64,000 nt of DNA from Fimicolochytrium jonesii (taxonomy: Eukaryota): positions 1-64,000 of the forward strand of contig NW_026515689.1 in NCBI RefSeq assembly GCF_025526975.1. The letters run 5' to 3'. Every line of letters begins with the position of its first letter. The first letter of the stretch is position 1. This document shows, one piece after another, positions 21,594-33,666 of this stretch. The notes beneath the pieces were generated by a model. That model was given only the letters and a program-made list of their open reading frames with translations. It made no database searches and was not told where the DNA came from. A program made the position numbers and the translations under genes.

Positions 21594-22146
21594 TCAGGCC
21601 CACCCTCACTTTGACAGCAACTGACACTATTACGCGTCTCGCCGTTTTCCACCCCCCCAAAAAAACACTCTTCCTCTTTTTCAACGCAGAACGCTGGACA
21701 CGGAAGGGCAACGCGTGAGCGCCGTTATTGCGGGACTTCAGCGGAATTGGCAGGGCTATCAGAATCATCAAAAATATTTCAAAAAAGTTCCGAACCGGCT
21801 GAGTTACAGCAGGTTTTGTAAAGTTGTTCCAGATTTTTGGACGCTGTTTTTTGGAGTGCCGTTGTGCAGGGGACAACCTCCATTGTAGTAGTGCGCTTCG
21901 AACTGCGCATGAAATCGATAATATTCCGACGCCAATTATACGCCTAGAATCTTCGACGAGCGAACGAAATCACCTTTATACGACAACGTCAAAATACCGT
22001 CAAAACTTCCGACAATAAATCGACACACTCGCGTTCCCGACACTCCGACGATTACCAAATACAACTCCCTTTACCAAAACCTTGCTTCACAATGACATTT
22101 TGTCCTCGGATACGACTGACATGCGAAAAATGTAGGCGTAGGAGAG
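21594..22146. mobile_element. Probable DNA-transposon terminal fragment, related to 63081-63155
   Basis: 21610-21649 matches 63095-63134 at 39/40 nt; both begin TCAGG ~15 nt upstream. Confidence 0.5.
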
Positions 22147-22697
22147 TGTTATGGACGACGCGCCCATACCATAAGCTTACCTACTGACAGCCGCCAATGT
22201 CAACCGCCAATGTCAAATGCCAATGTCAATGTCAATGTCAGTGTCAATGTCAGTGTCAATGTCAATGTCAATGCCACTCCCCCTCTCTCCTCTCATTTCG
22301 CCGATCCTCCCGCAATATTGCCACTCCTCTTCTCTCCTCTCATTTTGCCATTTCGCCAATCCCCCCTCGGCTTCTCAACACCCTCCACTACTTCTCCATA
22401 GCCAGCAGCTGTAGCAATGCTCTCTACGCTCGCCACGCACGCTCTAGGAGCATAGCTGGCGCCCCCCCCCCCCAGTCCCCTCTTGTTGTTGTTGTTCTCT
22501 GGCCTGCCGGGTTGCCTATCTATAAATAGCCGGCCTCTCTTCGTCCATTCCCTTCCTCCCCAGCAGATCAACACCAGTTCTTCTCATCTCCTGTTCTAGT
22601 CCTTGTTTCTTGTTTCGCCAATACAATCTCCTGTCGCCTATCACTCTCGCCTTGTCTCCTCTACTTCGCTTCCACCTCAGTCGTCGAGATCATAACA
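22147..22697 (+). mobile_element. Solo LTR related to the 4461-9405 family, with an expanded (TGTCAA)n microsatellite
   Basis: TGTTATGGACGACGCGCCCATACCAT...TATAAATAGC...CCCAGCAGATCAACACCAGTTCTT...CATAACA. Confidence 0.88.
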
Positions 22698-23070
22698 GGT
22701 GGCTATTTATAGATAAACAACCCAGCAGATCAAAGACAACAACAACAAGAGGGGACTGAGTGAGCGCCAGCTATGCCCCCTAGCCTAGAGCGAGCGTAGC
22801 AGGCGTAGAGAGCAAGCTGCAGCTGCTGGCTGTGGAGAAGTACTGGGAGGGTTGACAAATGGCCAGAGATTGGCTCACAGATGAGCGGGGTAGATGAGGA
22901 GCGGTGAATGGGGGATTGGCGGACAAGAGGAGAGCGGGGGATTGGCAAAATGAGAGGGGAAGGCATTGACATTGACATTGACACTGACATTGACATTGGC
23001 GTTTGACATTGGCGGCTGTCAGTGTGCTGTCATGAGGTAAGCTTATGGTATGGGCGCGTCGTCCATAACA
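22698..23070 (-). mobile_element. Truncated inverted LTR copy (U3 part)
   Basis: Reverse-complement similarity to 22147-22530; ends GTCCATAACA at 23070. Confidence 0.85.
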
Positions 23071-23500
23071 AGGGTGGCCGCCGTGCTAAAGGCCTCATTG
23101 CTAGAGTCAATATCACCCCGCCCACTGTTGGGCAATCAGGACCCTCTGCCAACATTTGGAAATACCTTGAGAAGCGTTCTGGACTGAAAACTTCATGATT
23201 CTTTGTCCGTGCAAACTCAGCCAAAAACCTCCGGCAAATGGTACATCGATGCCCCCGTTGGCAAAAATACCATCTCAAAGTGGTTGAAAGAAGCGTGCGT
23301 TCAGGGTGGAATTGGGTGCAACAACTGAAAGCTTGTCCCGCACTCTGGCCGTGCCACAGCAATTACAGCACTTCTTGAAGCTGGGGTCCATCAGGATATC
23401 ACCCATAAAACTTCAGGACACTGCAGCGCCGCAGGCCTTGCCTCGTACTCTCAAATGAAGGAAACTCATCGCCTTGCCGTCGCTAAAGTGCTTGATCCAA
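23071..23500 (+). pseudogene. Crypton-type (DUF3504) tyrosine recombinase C-terminal relic
   Basis: KYLEKRSGLKTS*FFVR / WYIDAPVGKNTISKWLKEACVQGGIGCNN*KLVPHSGRATAITALLEAGVHQDITHKTSGHCSAAGLASY: HxxR, GH and catalytic Y present; stops and a frameshift. Confidence 0.85.
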
Positions 23501-23905
23501 CAAACGCCAAAGGAAAGGAGAATGAGCTGCCCATCATTGTTGGCACGCAAACCATCAATTCCGGGACATCTACCAAGACAAAAGTCAGCACCATGGCGCA
23601 TCCCCCCAAGTCCCCTATCAAGCGGTTGAAGGTCAAGATTCCTGAGAGGCCCAAATCAGCCAATGCGGATGATGATTATGAAGCATCCAAACTTCCTGAT
23701 GGAGTGGAATCAGATGCAGCCCATGTAGCCCGTAGGTTTGGTAGTTTCCTGGCCAATGCAAAGTTTGGCCACATGTTGTTGTTGTACGGTGTGTGCGATG
23801 AATACGATATAACCCTTGTCCTCTCGGGAAATTGCTCAAATCGATCCTCGGGGCCTTGTCTTGGCCTTGCAAATAGTCCCTCGGCAAGCTTCAGGCCAAT
23901 TTTTA

Positions 23906-24745
23906 GGCCCCCAATTTACTGGGATCGACAATTAGTAAATCGAGTTGGTCTCGAGATTTGGCTCAAGTTGTGCGCACCTTATCGATAGCTGATCTCCAGC
24001 CCTTTTTTAAGGGGACCTACTTCTCAATATGCCAGTTTACTCAGCTGCATACTGGAGACCAGGGTCTTGTCAAGCTGAACTTGGCACACCTTGGGATTGG
24101 TGTCCAGAGTCGATCTCAAATGGGAGTAAATTCATGTCTGCAAGATCCACCACGTCGGTCTCCAGACCGGTCTCCAGAGTCTGAAAACCTGTTGCCAAGT
24201 CTGTCTCCAGTCGTGTCTGCCCTCATGAACGACCTCTGGACTGGTGGATTCCGTGGAGACCGGAGTAGATTCTCCGGAGACAGCTGGAGACTGGCTCATC
24301 TTGCACAGAGCAAGGTAGAGGGGGTGTGGGAAGGTCCGTTTGGTGGTGTACTGCAGGCCAATAGACACGCAGCAGTGGAGACAGCTCTGGAAGTGCGCAG
24401 ACAGCCGGACACACCCGAGACGGCAGCCAGAGACGGCCGTGGACGAGCGTTTTGACCTCAAACCTGCCCAGGATGTCGTTTGGGATCGAGGGCAGTTCTT
24501 GCAAACCTGGCAGAAAAAGCTTTGCCTAAGGCTGCTGCGTAAGCTTTGATCAGCACTTTGCGCTACAGTGGAGACAGTTCCTGCCAGAATCTATCCCTGG
24601 CACTGGGAAGGACCAAGACAGCGGAATGCAACTCAAAACGCCGGTAGCGCAAGGATTTTTCGCAGCTTTTGCTTAGAGATAGCTTATCTCGGCCGCGAAA
24701 AAAACCACACTCTTTCGCAAACTCGATCCCAGTAAATTGTGGGCC
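23906..24745. mobile_element. PIF/Harbinger-like MITE (840 bp)
   Basis: TIRs GGCCC(C/A)CAATTTACTGGGATCGA (22/23), TTA duplication on both sides (23903-05, 24746-48), internal GGAGAC/GTCTCC repeats, no credible ORF. Confidence 0.8.
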
Positions 24746-26888
24746 TTAGGCCTCGACGCGTCCCTCCGAGCGATTTCTTGCGAAGTTCCATTGGACGCGG
24801 GCTATATCTGCTACATATTACCGACCCGATATTTTGTACCTGTACCCGTATTTCCCAACTCCGTATAAGAAGAAGAACTCCATTCAAAGCGCCTAGATAT
24901 GAAGGTGGCAAGGCGACGCTCTAGCGTGAGCTATCTTCTTGTGCTATTGAGACCGGCAGCTTATTTTTCCAACACCCGATCGTACCCCCTCGTTTCGACA
25001 GACCCTCACTTCGGCCGGACACCACCCCACCGTCGCTTCCGACGCCCACGCTCCTGCCAGGTTCCGTGTTGCGGGAACTGTCGCCAATACCCCCGAGTTC
25101 GCTCAGGCATTCCAGTGCAAGGCTGGTACTCCCCTGAACCCCGCCAACAGGTGCAAGATCTGGTAGATCCGGAATCCATCGGACTTTGTGTCAACCCCTT
25201 ACTTTATACCATTGACGATAGACGATATACCTCTGATACGCATAGATCACATTTATAAGATCTGTAGACAGATTGAATTGGCTCTTAGAATTAATACATG
25301 TGTCGTCGTCAGGTCCCATACGAACGGGAATTTGGGTTGAAGCCCTTTCCCCGTTGCGGCGGTCTTAAATTGCGGAAGGGAGCCATATTCGCAACTGTCC
25401 GAGTCCACCTAGCTCGTGACTTTGGGTATGTGCTGTGAATCTTTCCCCGCCAAACGTTCATCGGCAGAGCGTGTGCGGGGTTGAAATGCTCCAAGGGACA
25501 GTGATGCATCATCCCCAGCTCTGCTCCTCCCTCTATTTTACGCAGGAGGGCCAATTGCACGAAGTTTTCATTAGCACAAATGCACTTGCCTAAGACTCTC
25601 GCTTCCCGGACACGGTCTCTCTTCCACCTAAATGATCTCTCCAATCAAACTTAAAGATGAGCACGGCGCATTGATGAATCGAGAGAACTAGTTCTATCTG
25701 CCTCTCTTCTGAGGAATATTGGGATACGGATATAGCTGGGTTTGCTTTTGGATAGACGCCGCAGGTTCGACGATGGTTCGAGGCGGCATTACGGAGACCA
25801 TGTACCCCGAGACATACCGCGAAAACCCTCCGCCCTGCCGTCGTTTGACATGTACGGTAAGAGCAAGGTTCCTTACTTTCACCTTGCCGCGATATTCGAC
25901 ATCCATCCAAATAAATCAGGAGCATGTTGATGCCTCTTGCATATTGATACTTCCTTCGTTCGTGATTCGCCGAGTCTTCCTGCACTCCGCATTTACGGCT
26001 AACCTTTCACATGCCATCCTCGAAAGGTAGGGATCACCCACTGGAAACTGGCAGAGAATTAACAAGACCGGGATCCTCGAGGTTTTTTCATGAGTACCGT
26101 CCAGCAAAACCATGCTGTACAGTAGGCTGCCAGATATCAGGTTACGACGGGTGGTTGAGCCTCCGTGTGCAACCCCAGAAGTCACCAGCCAGCTGTCAGT
26201 CCTGCCCTGGGCTAGCGGTCGTGCTGAAAGGATTTGCATGGGGGTCGGCAACTTGAGCCGGTGGCTATGCTCGGAATGATGTGTCCTTGGGCGACGTAAC
26301 CTGATATCTGGCAGCCTACTGTACGCATCAAATCTGAGGGATGGCAAGGCGAAGCTTCTCAAGGCTGGATTTCAATTTGTCATTAAGCCCTAGGTGTACC
26401 GCGGTGGTCACAAGCACCGTGTCATTTCCCACGGACAAAGAGGCTCCGGCGGAATCCGGCGTCAATCCTTCGTCGGTCAACAGCCAAGTGACCATTCGAA
26501 GCCCTCGATTGAAGCTGCAATTGGTTTGGCAACAGCCGTCGGTGGATCGTAGGAGTCTTTTTGGAGATGCGTGGGGAGGATGGTGAGGCTTTTCTGTAGG
26601 TTTGGATGACGTGGCCGTGGGCTGACACGGATAGTGAACACACTCTCACAAATGCCAGTCCTTCAAGTGAGGCTTTATTTGGCTTTAGCGCACGTTGTAT
26701 GTACTGTACTGTACTGTATGTCTCCCCCAACTGGGTCTCCCCAACTGGGTCACCAACTGGTCTAGTCTCCGTGAGTCCGTACCAAGCTTTTTGAACGCAT
26801 ATAAAATGAGGTGGGGTCCCATGTCCGTCGAGGGGCTAGAGGCACACATCGCACACCAAGTTCACCTATTCTTCCAGCCCATCAAGCC

Positions 26889-27902
26889 ATGCTCGCCAAC
26901 CATATCTCGCACCTGCTGCTCCCGCTGGTCAGCTTATTGGTCAGCAGTGTGTTCGCGTACCCGACCTCGGAGGCCAAGGGGGCGCGAACCGTTGCCCACT
27001 TTCCAAAGTCCACCTGGATCGAAAACATTGCCGTGCGAGCCAACGGCAAGCTTTTGGTGACAACCCTCCTCCCCGACGCAGCCCTGTACCAGGTCGATCC
27101 TTTTCACCCTCATCAGAAACCCGTCCTTGTCGCCAATTTCACATCGGCAACTGCATCGGGTGCGTTTGGCATTGCCGAGCTGTCGAAGGACTACTTTTTT
27201 GTCGCCACAAGCAACTGGACCAACAACGAGACCGCGCAGCCCAACACGGTGTGGAAGATTAATATGGCAAAGTTTGACGTAGCTCCCCACGGCAAAAGGC
27301 ACATCGAGAAGGTGATCGACATAAGCGACGCCGGGGCGCTCATCAACGGCGTTACCGCCCTTGACAAGAGAGCCGGAACCCTACTCCTCGGCGACAGCAA
27401 CCAAGGATGTGTCTATGCCCTCGATACGGTCGCACGTTCGTATAAGAAGGTGCAGGATCACGCGTCCATGAAAGCTGTACCGGACAGCGCACTGCAGATT
27501 GGCATTAACGGTATCCACGTCTGGAACGGCGCCTTATATTTCACCAACACCGATCAAACCACTTTGACCAAGGTTGCCATTGCAAAGGACGGCACCGCAG
27601 CGGGGCCGTACGAGCTCGTTGCCACCCTTCACACCATCGTCGACGATCTCGCGATCGGGCAGAACGGCGACGCGTACATCACCACCGGACCGACAAACTC
27701 CATCGAGCTCGTCCAGCCGGACGGGTCCGTTAGGAGGATCGCAGGGGGCAACGCAAACTCGACGCTTTTTGCTGGAACTACGGCGGCCCAGTTTGGCCGT
27801 ATTGCCGGCGACCGAACGGTGCTGTACGTCACAACCAATGGTGGCCTCGCTGCCGGTACGTTTGACGACGGCGGACGGGTCGTGGCCGTTCAAACGCGAT
27901 GA
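26889..27902 (+). CDS. Secreted six-bladed beta-propeller (SMP-30/gluconolactonase-like)
   Basis: Intronless; signal peptide; TWIENIAVRANGKLLVT, LINGVTAL, IGINGIHV, VDDLAI, LYVTTNGG blade motifs. Confidence 0.85.
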   Translation: MLANHISHLLLPLVSLLVSSVFAYPTSEAKGARTVAHFPKSTWIENIAVRANGKLLVTTLLPDAALYQVDPFHPHQKPVLVANFTSATASGAFGIAELSKDYFFVATSNWTNNETAQPNTVWKINMAKFDVAPHGKRHIEKVIDISDAGALINGVTALDKRAGTLLLGDSNQGCVYALDTVARSYKKVQDHASMKAVPDSALQIGINGIHVWNGALYFTNTDQTTLTKVAIAKDGTAAGPYELVATLHTIVDDLAIGQNGDAYITTGPTNSIELVQPDGSVRRIAGGNANSTLFAGTTAAQFGRIAGDRTVLYVTTNGGLAAGTFDDGGRVVAVQTR

Positions 27903-28049
27903 AGATTGGTGAAGGTCGGGGTGACATCATCTTGAGGGACCTATGTAGAGACGGCCGAGATAGGGAACTTTTGTGTCATTTGGGTATCTCTACAGTGAAA
28001 ATTGTGCCGTAGCTTCTTCCCCTCCCTCCTATCGCAGATAGATGGCGTT

Positions 28050-28389
28050 TGTCGCTGGTACATCGTGCTACGCCAAGCTCCGCAGCTGCACTCACTAATA
28101 GTCTATGTTATATACATCAGTACTGTACAGTACATCCCGTCCGCGTTTTACCAAGCGTCCTCTACAACACGGTCGCAGCAACCCACTTAGGCACGACACG
28201 GGAGAGGTAATCCATAAATTTCCACATGCCCACTTTCAGTTCCATATTCCCCGCCACGTCCGTTCCCAGTTCAGGGAACGCTATGCCGACGCCGTACAGT
28301 CCAGGAGCAATGACGCTGGTTTTGTTGTCGTACGGGATCGGATTAGGGAGACCTTCGACGCTTATGGTATGGACGCGTCGTCCATAACA
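28050..28389 (-). mobile_element. Solo LTR (340 bp)
   Basis: TG...CA ends, 5-bp TSD GCGTT (28045-49, 28390-94); shares terminal TGTTATGGACGACGCGTCCATACCAT with the 4461-9405 LTRs. Confidence 0.85.
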
Positions 28390-29930
28390 GCGTTGCACTT
28401 CCTGGTGCACTAGTTCTTTCATGGCGCTGTCGAATTTGTCACTTGATCCAGTCAGCATGTTGACGATTTGCTTGAAGGTTTGTATGGTGGATATGGAGAG
28501 AAGCTGTGCTCTAGGATGGGATTGGAGACTTGTGTCAGACTGGTTGTGGGTAACACAGAAAGTGAAAATCGTTGGGAAGCAGAACGGGCAACAGACTATA
28601 TAGCGCGCTTGACAGCCTCTCTCCACAAACCATCTAAAACCATGCAGCCCTCGACAGGCGCAGGAAACAGCTATTCATTTTCCCACATTGGCCTTTGCCG
28701 AGCTTGATCATCATGAGCGAAAGAAGTCACATTGTTCGATCCTTGTAAATATGACACATATATAACGACACTGAACCCCGGGAGCAACGCCATATGTACG
28801 ATCTCGCACATTTTTCCGATCGTGAATAGGTAGGTACTCGTGCTGAACTACATATCATATTCGATATATTCTCATCCCATGCTCTGAGGAAAGTATAACG
28901 ATTACAGGGAATGGGATGCCCATCCTCCCACCGATGTCGCTTCGAGGTTTGTGACGATGGCCTAGTTGGATAATGTTGGATTCGAGCAGATTCTGCTCGG
29001 TGGCTGTGCGCACTTAGCTCTCGCAGCGCATTGTTTAGCTTTGTCGTTTGCGACGCCCGTGATGACCTTGACCCCTTACTAAAAATATTCATACGTCGTT
29101 GTTTTCGTCGGAGGGAGAGTTCCGGGGGTTGACGCTTGACGAGACTTTGACGAGGGTCGAATTTCGATGTAACGAACACGTGGCGCTGAGCACCTTAATG
29201 ACTGGCCCCAAATGGTGACGCGGACGTCGCGAAGTTTTATGCTTTTGGCCGATCTCAAGCGACTTAATAAGTTAAATACAGGTGGGGGGGACACAGCCCC
29301 GTCTGAGTCATCGGGGATTCGGGGCAAACTCTAATAGCTACCGAGGAGTCGGGCACAATGAGCGCATGGCGTTGCAATGACCAGCACAGCGGTATGGGTG
29401 CTTTGGGCCCCAAACCCCCGCAATGCGTGATGGGCGTGCATTATGAAAAACGCCAGTTTATGATCAATGCCAACCACAGAACTTGGCGTGCTTGGGCATG
29501 AGGCGGTGCTTGTCGGGCTTCATCACGGCATCTGGATCCTGGACTGCCAGCCAGCAGCGGGTGGGTGGCTAACCTAGTTGAAATTATCGCCTGTTGCGCA
29601 AAAGGCAAAAGGCAAAGAAAGGCAAGCCGGGCCGTAAAAACATCCTTCAAACGCGATATAAGGTTTGAGCAAACCCCAACCCCCTCCTCAACCCTCGCGA
29701 GAAGGCAAAACCCCAACGGACTTCGAAACGGGCTTTCCTGGATTTTTCTCTCGCTCAGTCGCCCAGTCCTCATATACCTACTTAATCGGGACGTCCGGGT
29801 AAGACTGCACTTCATAGGAATCTCACAATCACCAACCCCAGGTATGTGTACTTTCGTTGCGTGACAGCAGTCCTTTATTTTCCCATGCGAGTCCCTCTAA
29901 CCTCGTCAGTCAGCAGAACCCACGAGTATC

Positions 29931-32900
29931 ATGTCGGCGCCCGACCACGTCGCCCTCAAGGTGGACGGCGGTGAACAACCCACAACCACCACCCAGAAGC
30001 CAAAACCATCTTCCAACTCCGGCGAATTCGGAATCAGCCCAGACGCCATCTACGACCTTGTCGACCCAAAGAACCCTGAAGAGTATGCCAAGTTGGGCGG
30101 GATCGAGGGGATGCTGAAGGCCTTGAAGGTTGACGGCAACAAGGGTCTCATCACAGCGGGCTCGGGACCAAGCTATGCTCAAAACTCCCTCACGGTGGAG
30201 GACCATAAGGGTGACGCCTCTGCGCATGGAGCGCAACCTGTCGACAGGGCAGCGCGAGTGGCAGTGTACGGCACAAACACCCTCCCGGAACCCATCTCCA
30301 AGTCGCTCATCGCTTTCATGATAGACGCACTGAAGGACAAAACTTTGATTGTTTTGTGTATCGCGGCGGCGGTTGAAATCGCGGTGGGTATCTACAAGCT
30401 CGTAGATAAGCACGATTCCCTTGCCATCATTGATGGTGTCGCCATTATCGTTGCTGGTGAGTTTCCGGAATTTTGTCCACTCACGTCCAACACGAATTTC
30501 CTTTAATTTTCCTCCATGATTCCAGTGCTGATTGTGGTTTTGGTGGCATCCATCAACGATTATCGCAAGCAAGCGCAATTCCGTAAGCTCAACGACTTTA
30601 GCAAATCCTTATCGGGTATCAAAGTCATTCGCGATGGAGAGAAAATTCAGATTCCCACCAAGGAGTTGCTTGTTGGGGATATCTGCACGCTCGAAGTCGG
30701 TGACGTGTTACCGGCCGACGGTGTGCTCCTCCAGGGTTTCAACGTGGAGACCGACGAGAGTTCCCTCACCGGAGAGCCCGTGAACATCCGCAAAGACATG
30801 GTCAAGGACCCTTTCCTGTTGTCCGGGACCAAAGCTGTCAGCGGAATGGGGAAATTCCTCGTTATCGCCACCGGTGTCAACTCCTTCAACGGTCGTACCA
30901 TGCTTGCTCTTGAAGTCGAGGCGGAGGAAACACCGTTGCAATCCAAGCTCAGCAAGCTCGCCGATGAGATTGCAAAGTTCGGTGTCGGCGCCGCAGGTGT
31001 CATGATCGTCATCCTCCTTATCACCTATTTCGCTATCACCAAGGGTCAGCGCCCTGGTGACGAAATCGCTCAATCCCTCATCAACATCTTCATCACCGCC
31101 ATCACCTTGGTTGTCGTCGCTGTTCCCGAAGGTCTCCCGCTGGCCGTCACGCTGGCTCTCGCACACGCAACGATCAAGATGTTGGCTGACAAGAACTTGG
31201 TCCGTCACTTGTCTGCTTGTGAGACCATGGGTAACGCCACTACTATTTGCTCCGACAAGACGGGAACCCTTACTCTGAACCGCATGACCGTCACCTCTTG
31301 CCTCATCGGTGACCACGAGTTCCACAAGGAAGACCTTCCCGGCAAGCTGAAAGACATGTACAACGAGCGTAAAGAGCTCCTGCAGTTCATGACCTTGGGT
31401 GTCAACATCAACTCTACCGCTTCCGAGGGCAAGAACAAGGACGGCGAGACTGTCTTCAACGGATCCAAAACCGAGATTGCGCTCCTGAACTTGACCAAAG
31501 GTCTCGGATTCCCTTACCAACCTGACCGTGACAACACAAAAGTCGTCGATCTGCAACCCTTCAGCAGTGAGCGCAAGCGTATGAGCGCCGTCATCGAGCT
31601 TGCGCACAACGCCGAGTTTGAGGCGAAGACCGGAATCACACATGGCCCTTCGGTCACCAACGGCAAGCGCTACTGGGTGCACGTCAAGGGTGCTTCCGAG
31701 ATCGTGCTCAGGATCTGCGACAGCTACGTCGACGAACATGGCACCACTCAACCATTGACCGACAAGGTTCGTCAGCGTTACGAGCAGTTGATCGACTCGT
31801 ACGCCAAGCAAGCCCTGCGGACCATCTGCGCTGCTTTCAAGCCCACCGCGCACTCTGGCGAGACTACCGAGAGGAAGGAGGGCGAGGGCATGGATGACGA
31901 GGAAGGTCTTACCTTGTACGCCATCTTCGGTATTCAAGACCCCGTCCGTCCCGAAGTGCCCGGCGCCGTCAAGCAGTGCATGGACGCAGGTATCCGTGTT
32001 CGCATGGTTACTGGAGATAACATCGCCACCGCAAAGGCCATCGCTACAGAGTGCAAGATCTACACTGAAGGAGGTATTGTCATGGAGGGTCCTGCCTTCC
32101 GCAAGCTGTCCGAAGAGCAGATGGACGAGATGCTACCTCGCCTGCAAGTCCTCGCACGTTCAAGCCCGCTTGACAAGCAGATCCTGGTCCGTGCGTTGAA
32201 GCGTCTGGGAGAGACTGTCGCCGTGACCGGTGACGGAACCAACGACGCCCCTGCGCTGAAAGGCTCCGACGTCGGTTTCAGTATGGGAATCACCGGAACG
32301 GAAGTCGCCAAGGAAGCCTCGGACATTGTCATTCTCGACGACAACTTTGCCTCGATCGTCAAGGCCGTCCTGTGGGGTCGGTCCGTCTTCGATTCCGTGC
32401 GCAAGTTCTTGCAGTTCCAGTTGACTGTCAACGTCTCCGCCGTGCTCATCACCATCGTCACCGCTATCGACACCACCGCTTCCAAAGAAACAGGCAAACA
32501 TATCCCCGAATCCGCTTTGACCGCCGTGCAGCTGCTGTGGGTGAACTTGATCATGGACACCCTGGCCGCCTTGGCTCTCGCGACCGACCCGCCTACACCT
32601 GACCTCCTGCAACGCAAGCCATCCCGCCGTAACGAGCGGTTGGTCAACTTCCCCATGGCGCGCATGATCATCGGACAGGCTATCTACCAGATCGTGGTCT
32701 GCTTGGTGATCTACTGGATGGCGCCAATCTGGTGGCCTGTTGACCCGAGCATCCCCAAGACGGACGAGGATTACTACAATATGGACACGGGCAAGTCGCA
32801 TTCGCAGAGCACCATGGTCTTCAACGTGTTTGTGTTTTGTCAGGTGTTCAATGAGATCAATGCGAGGAGCATCACGCGTGGTATGTATTTCCATTTCCCT

Positions 32901-33666
32901 TCCGTTACTGGCATGAGGGAAAGGAGGCCCATATGGCTGACATTCTCTGTTCTCTTCAGACCTGAACATTTTCAAGGGCATCATGGGCAATCGCATCTTC
33001 CAAGGGGTCATCCTCATCACCATCGTCCTCCAAGCCATCATTGTCGAATTCGGCGGCCCGGTCTTCAAAACCCAAGGCGGCCTCAACGGCGTCCAATGGG
33101 CCGTCTGCCTGATCGTCGGTCTCGGATCTCTGCCCGTCGGCGCCATGATCCGCCTCCTCCCCGACTGGCGCAAAAACCGCGACGAGGACGCCGACCCGCG
33201 CGAAGCCAACAAGCAGGAAATCGAGCTCGAGAATGTCGGTCGCGCTGGCAGCGGTGACGTACACGGTCAACAGGCACCAGAGGGTGGCCACTCCACCGCC
33301 GCTTTGGTGGGCGAGGAAGGCCAGGAAGGCGTCAAACCCGCCGACAAATGGAACAACGCGATCCGCATGACCCAGATGCAGCTCCAAGTCATCAAAGCCT
33401 TCAAGCCTCCTCATGGCCACCCCAGTCCCGTCCTCTCCCCGCGCCGCCCGCCGCCACCCGGTCGATCCGACACGATGCGCTCTGCGGAGCTGTGGCAGCG
33501 TGCGAGGACGGTGCGGTCGACGATTGGGGTTGTGAACGCGTTTAGGGGCGGGAGGAGACGTAATGACCCCGTGGTGACGCTGCAGATGTTGGACGCGGGG
33601 ACGGCGAGGGATCACGCAAGGCCGGGGAGTAGGGCGAGTATGAGGACTAATGGGAGTTACCGGTAG
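29931..33666 (+). CDS. PMC1: P-type Ca2+-ATPase, P2B (PMCA/Pmc1 type)
   Basis: Exons 29931-30456, 30526-32880, 32960-33666; PEGLPLAV, DKTGTLT, KGASE, MVTGDN, TGDGTNDAPAL, QFQLTVNV. Confidence 0.96.

Noticed and set aside
24900..26600. Several 60-150 aa ORFs
   Set aside because: No motif recognised and no supportable gene model
30708..31937. 409-aa antisense ORF, and similar long antisense ORFs over the MADS, pol and DNAJC3 genes
   Set aside because: Shadow ORFs caused by the codon bias of the real gene on the opposite strand
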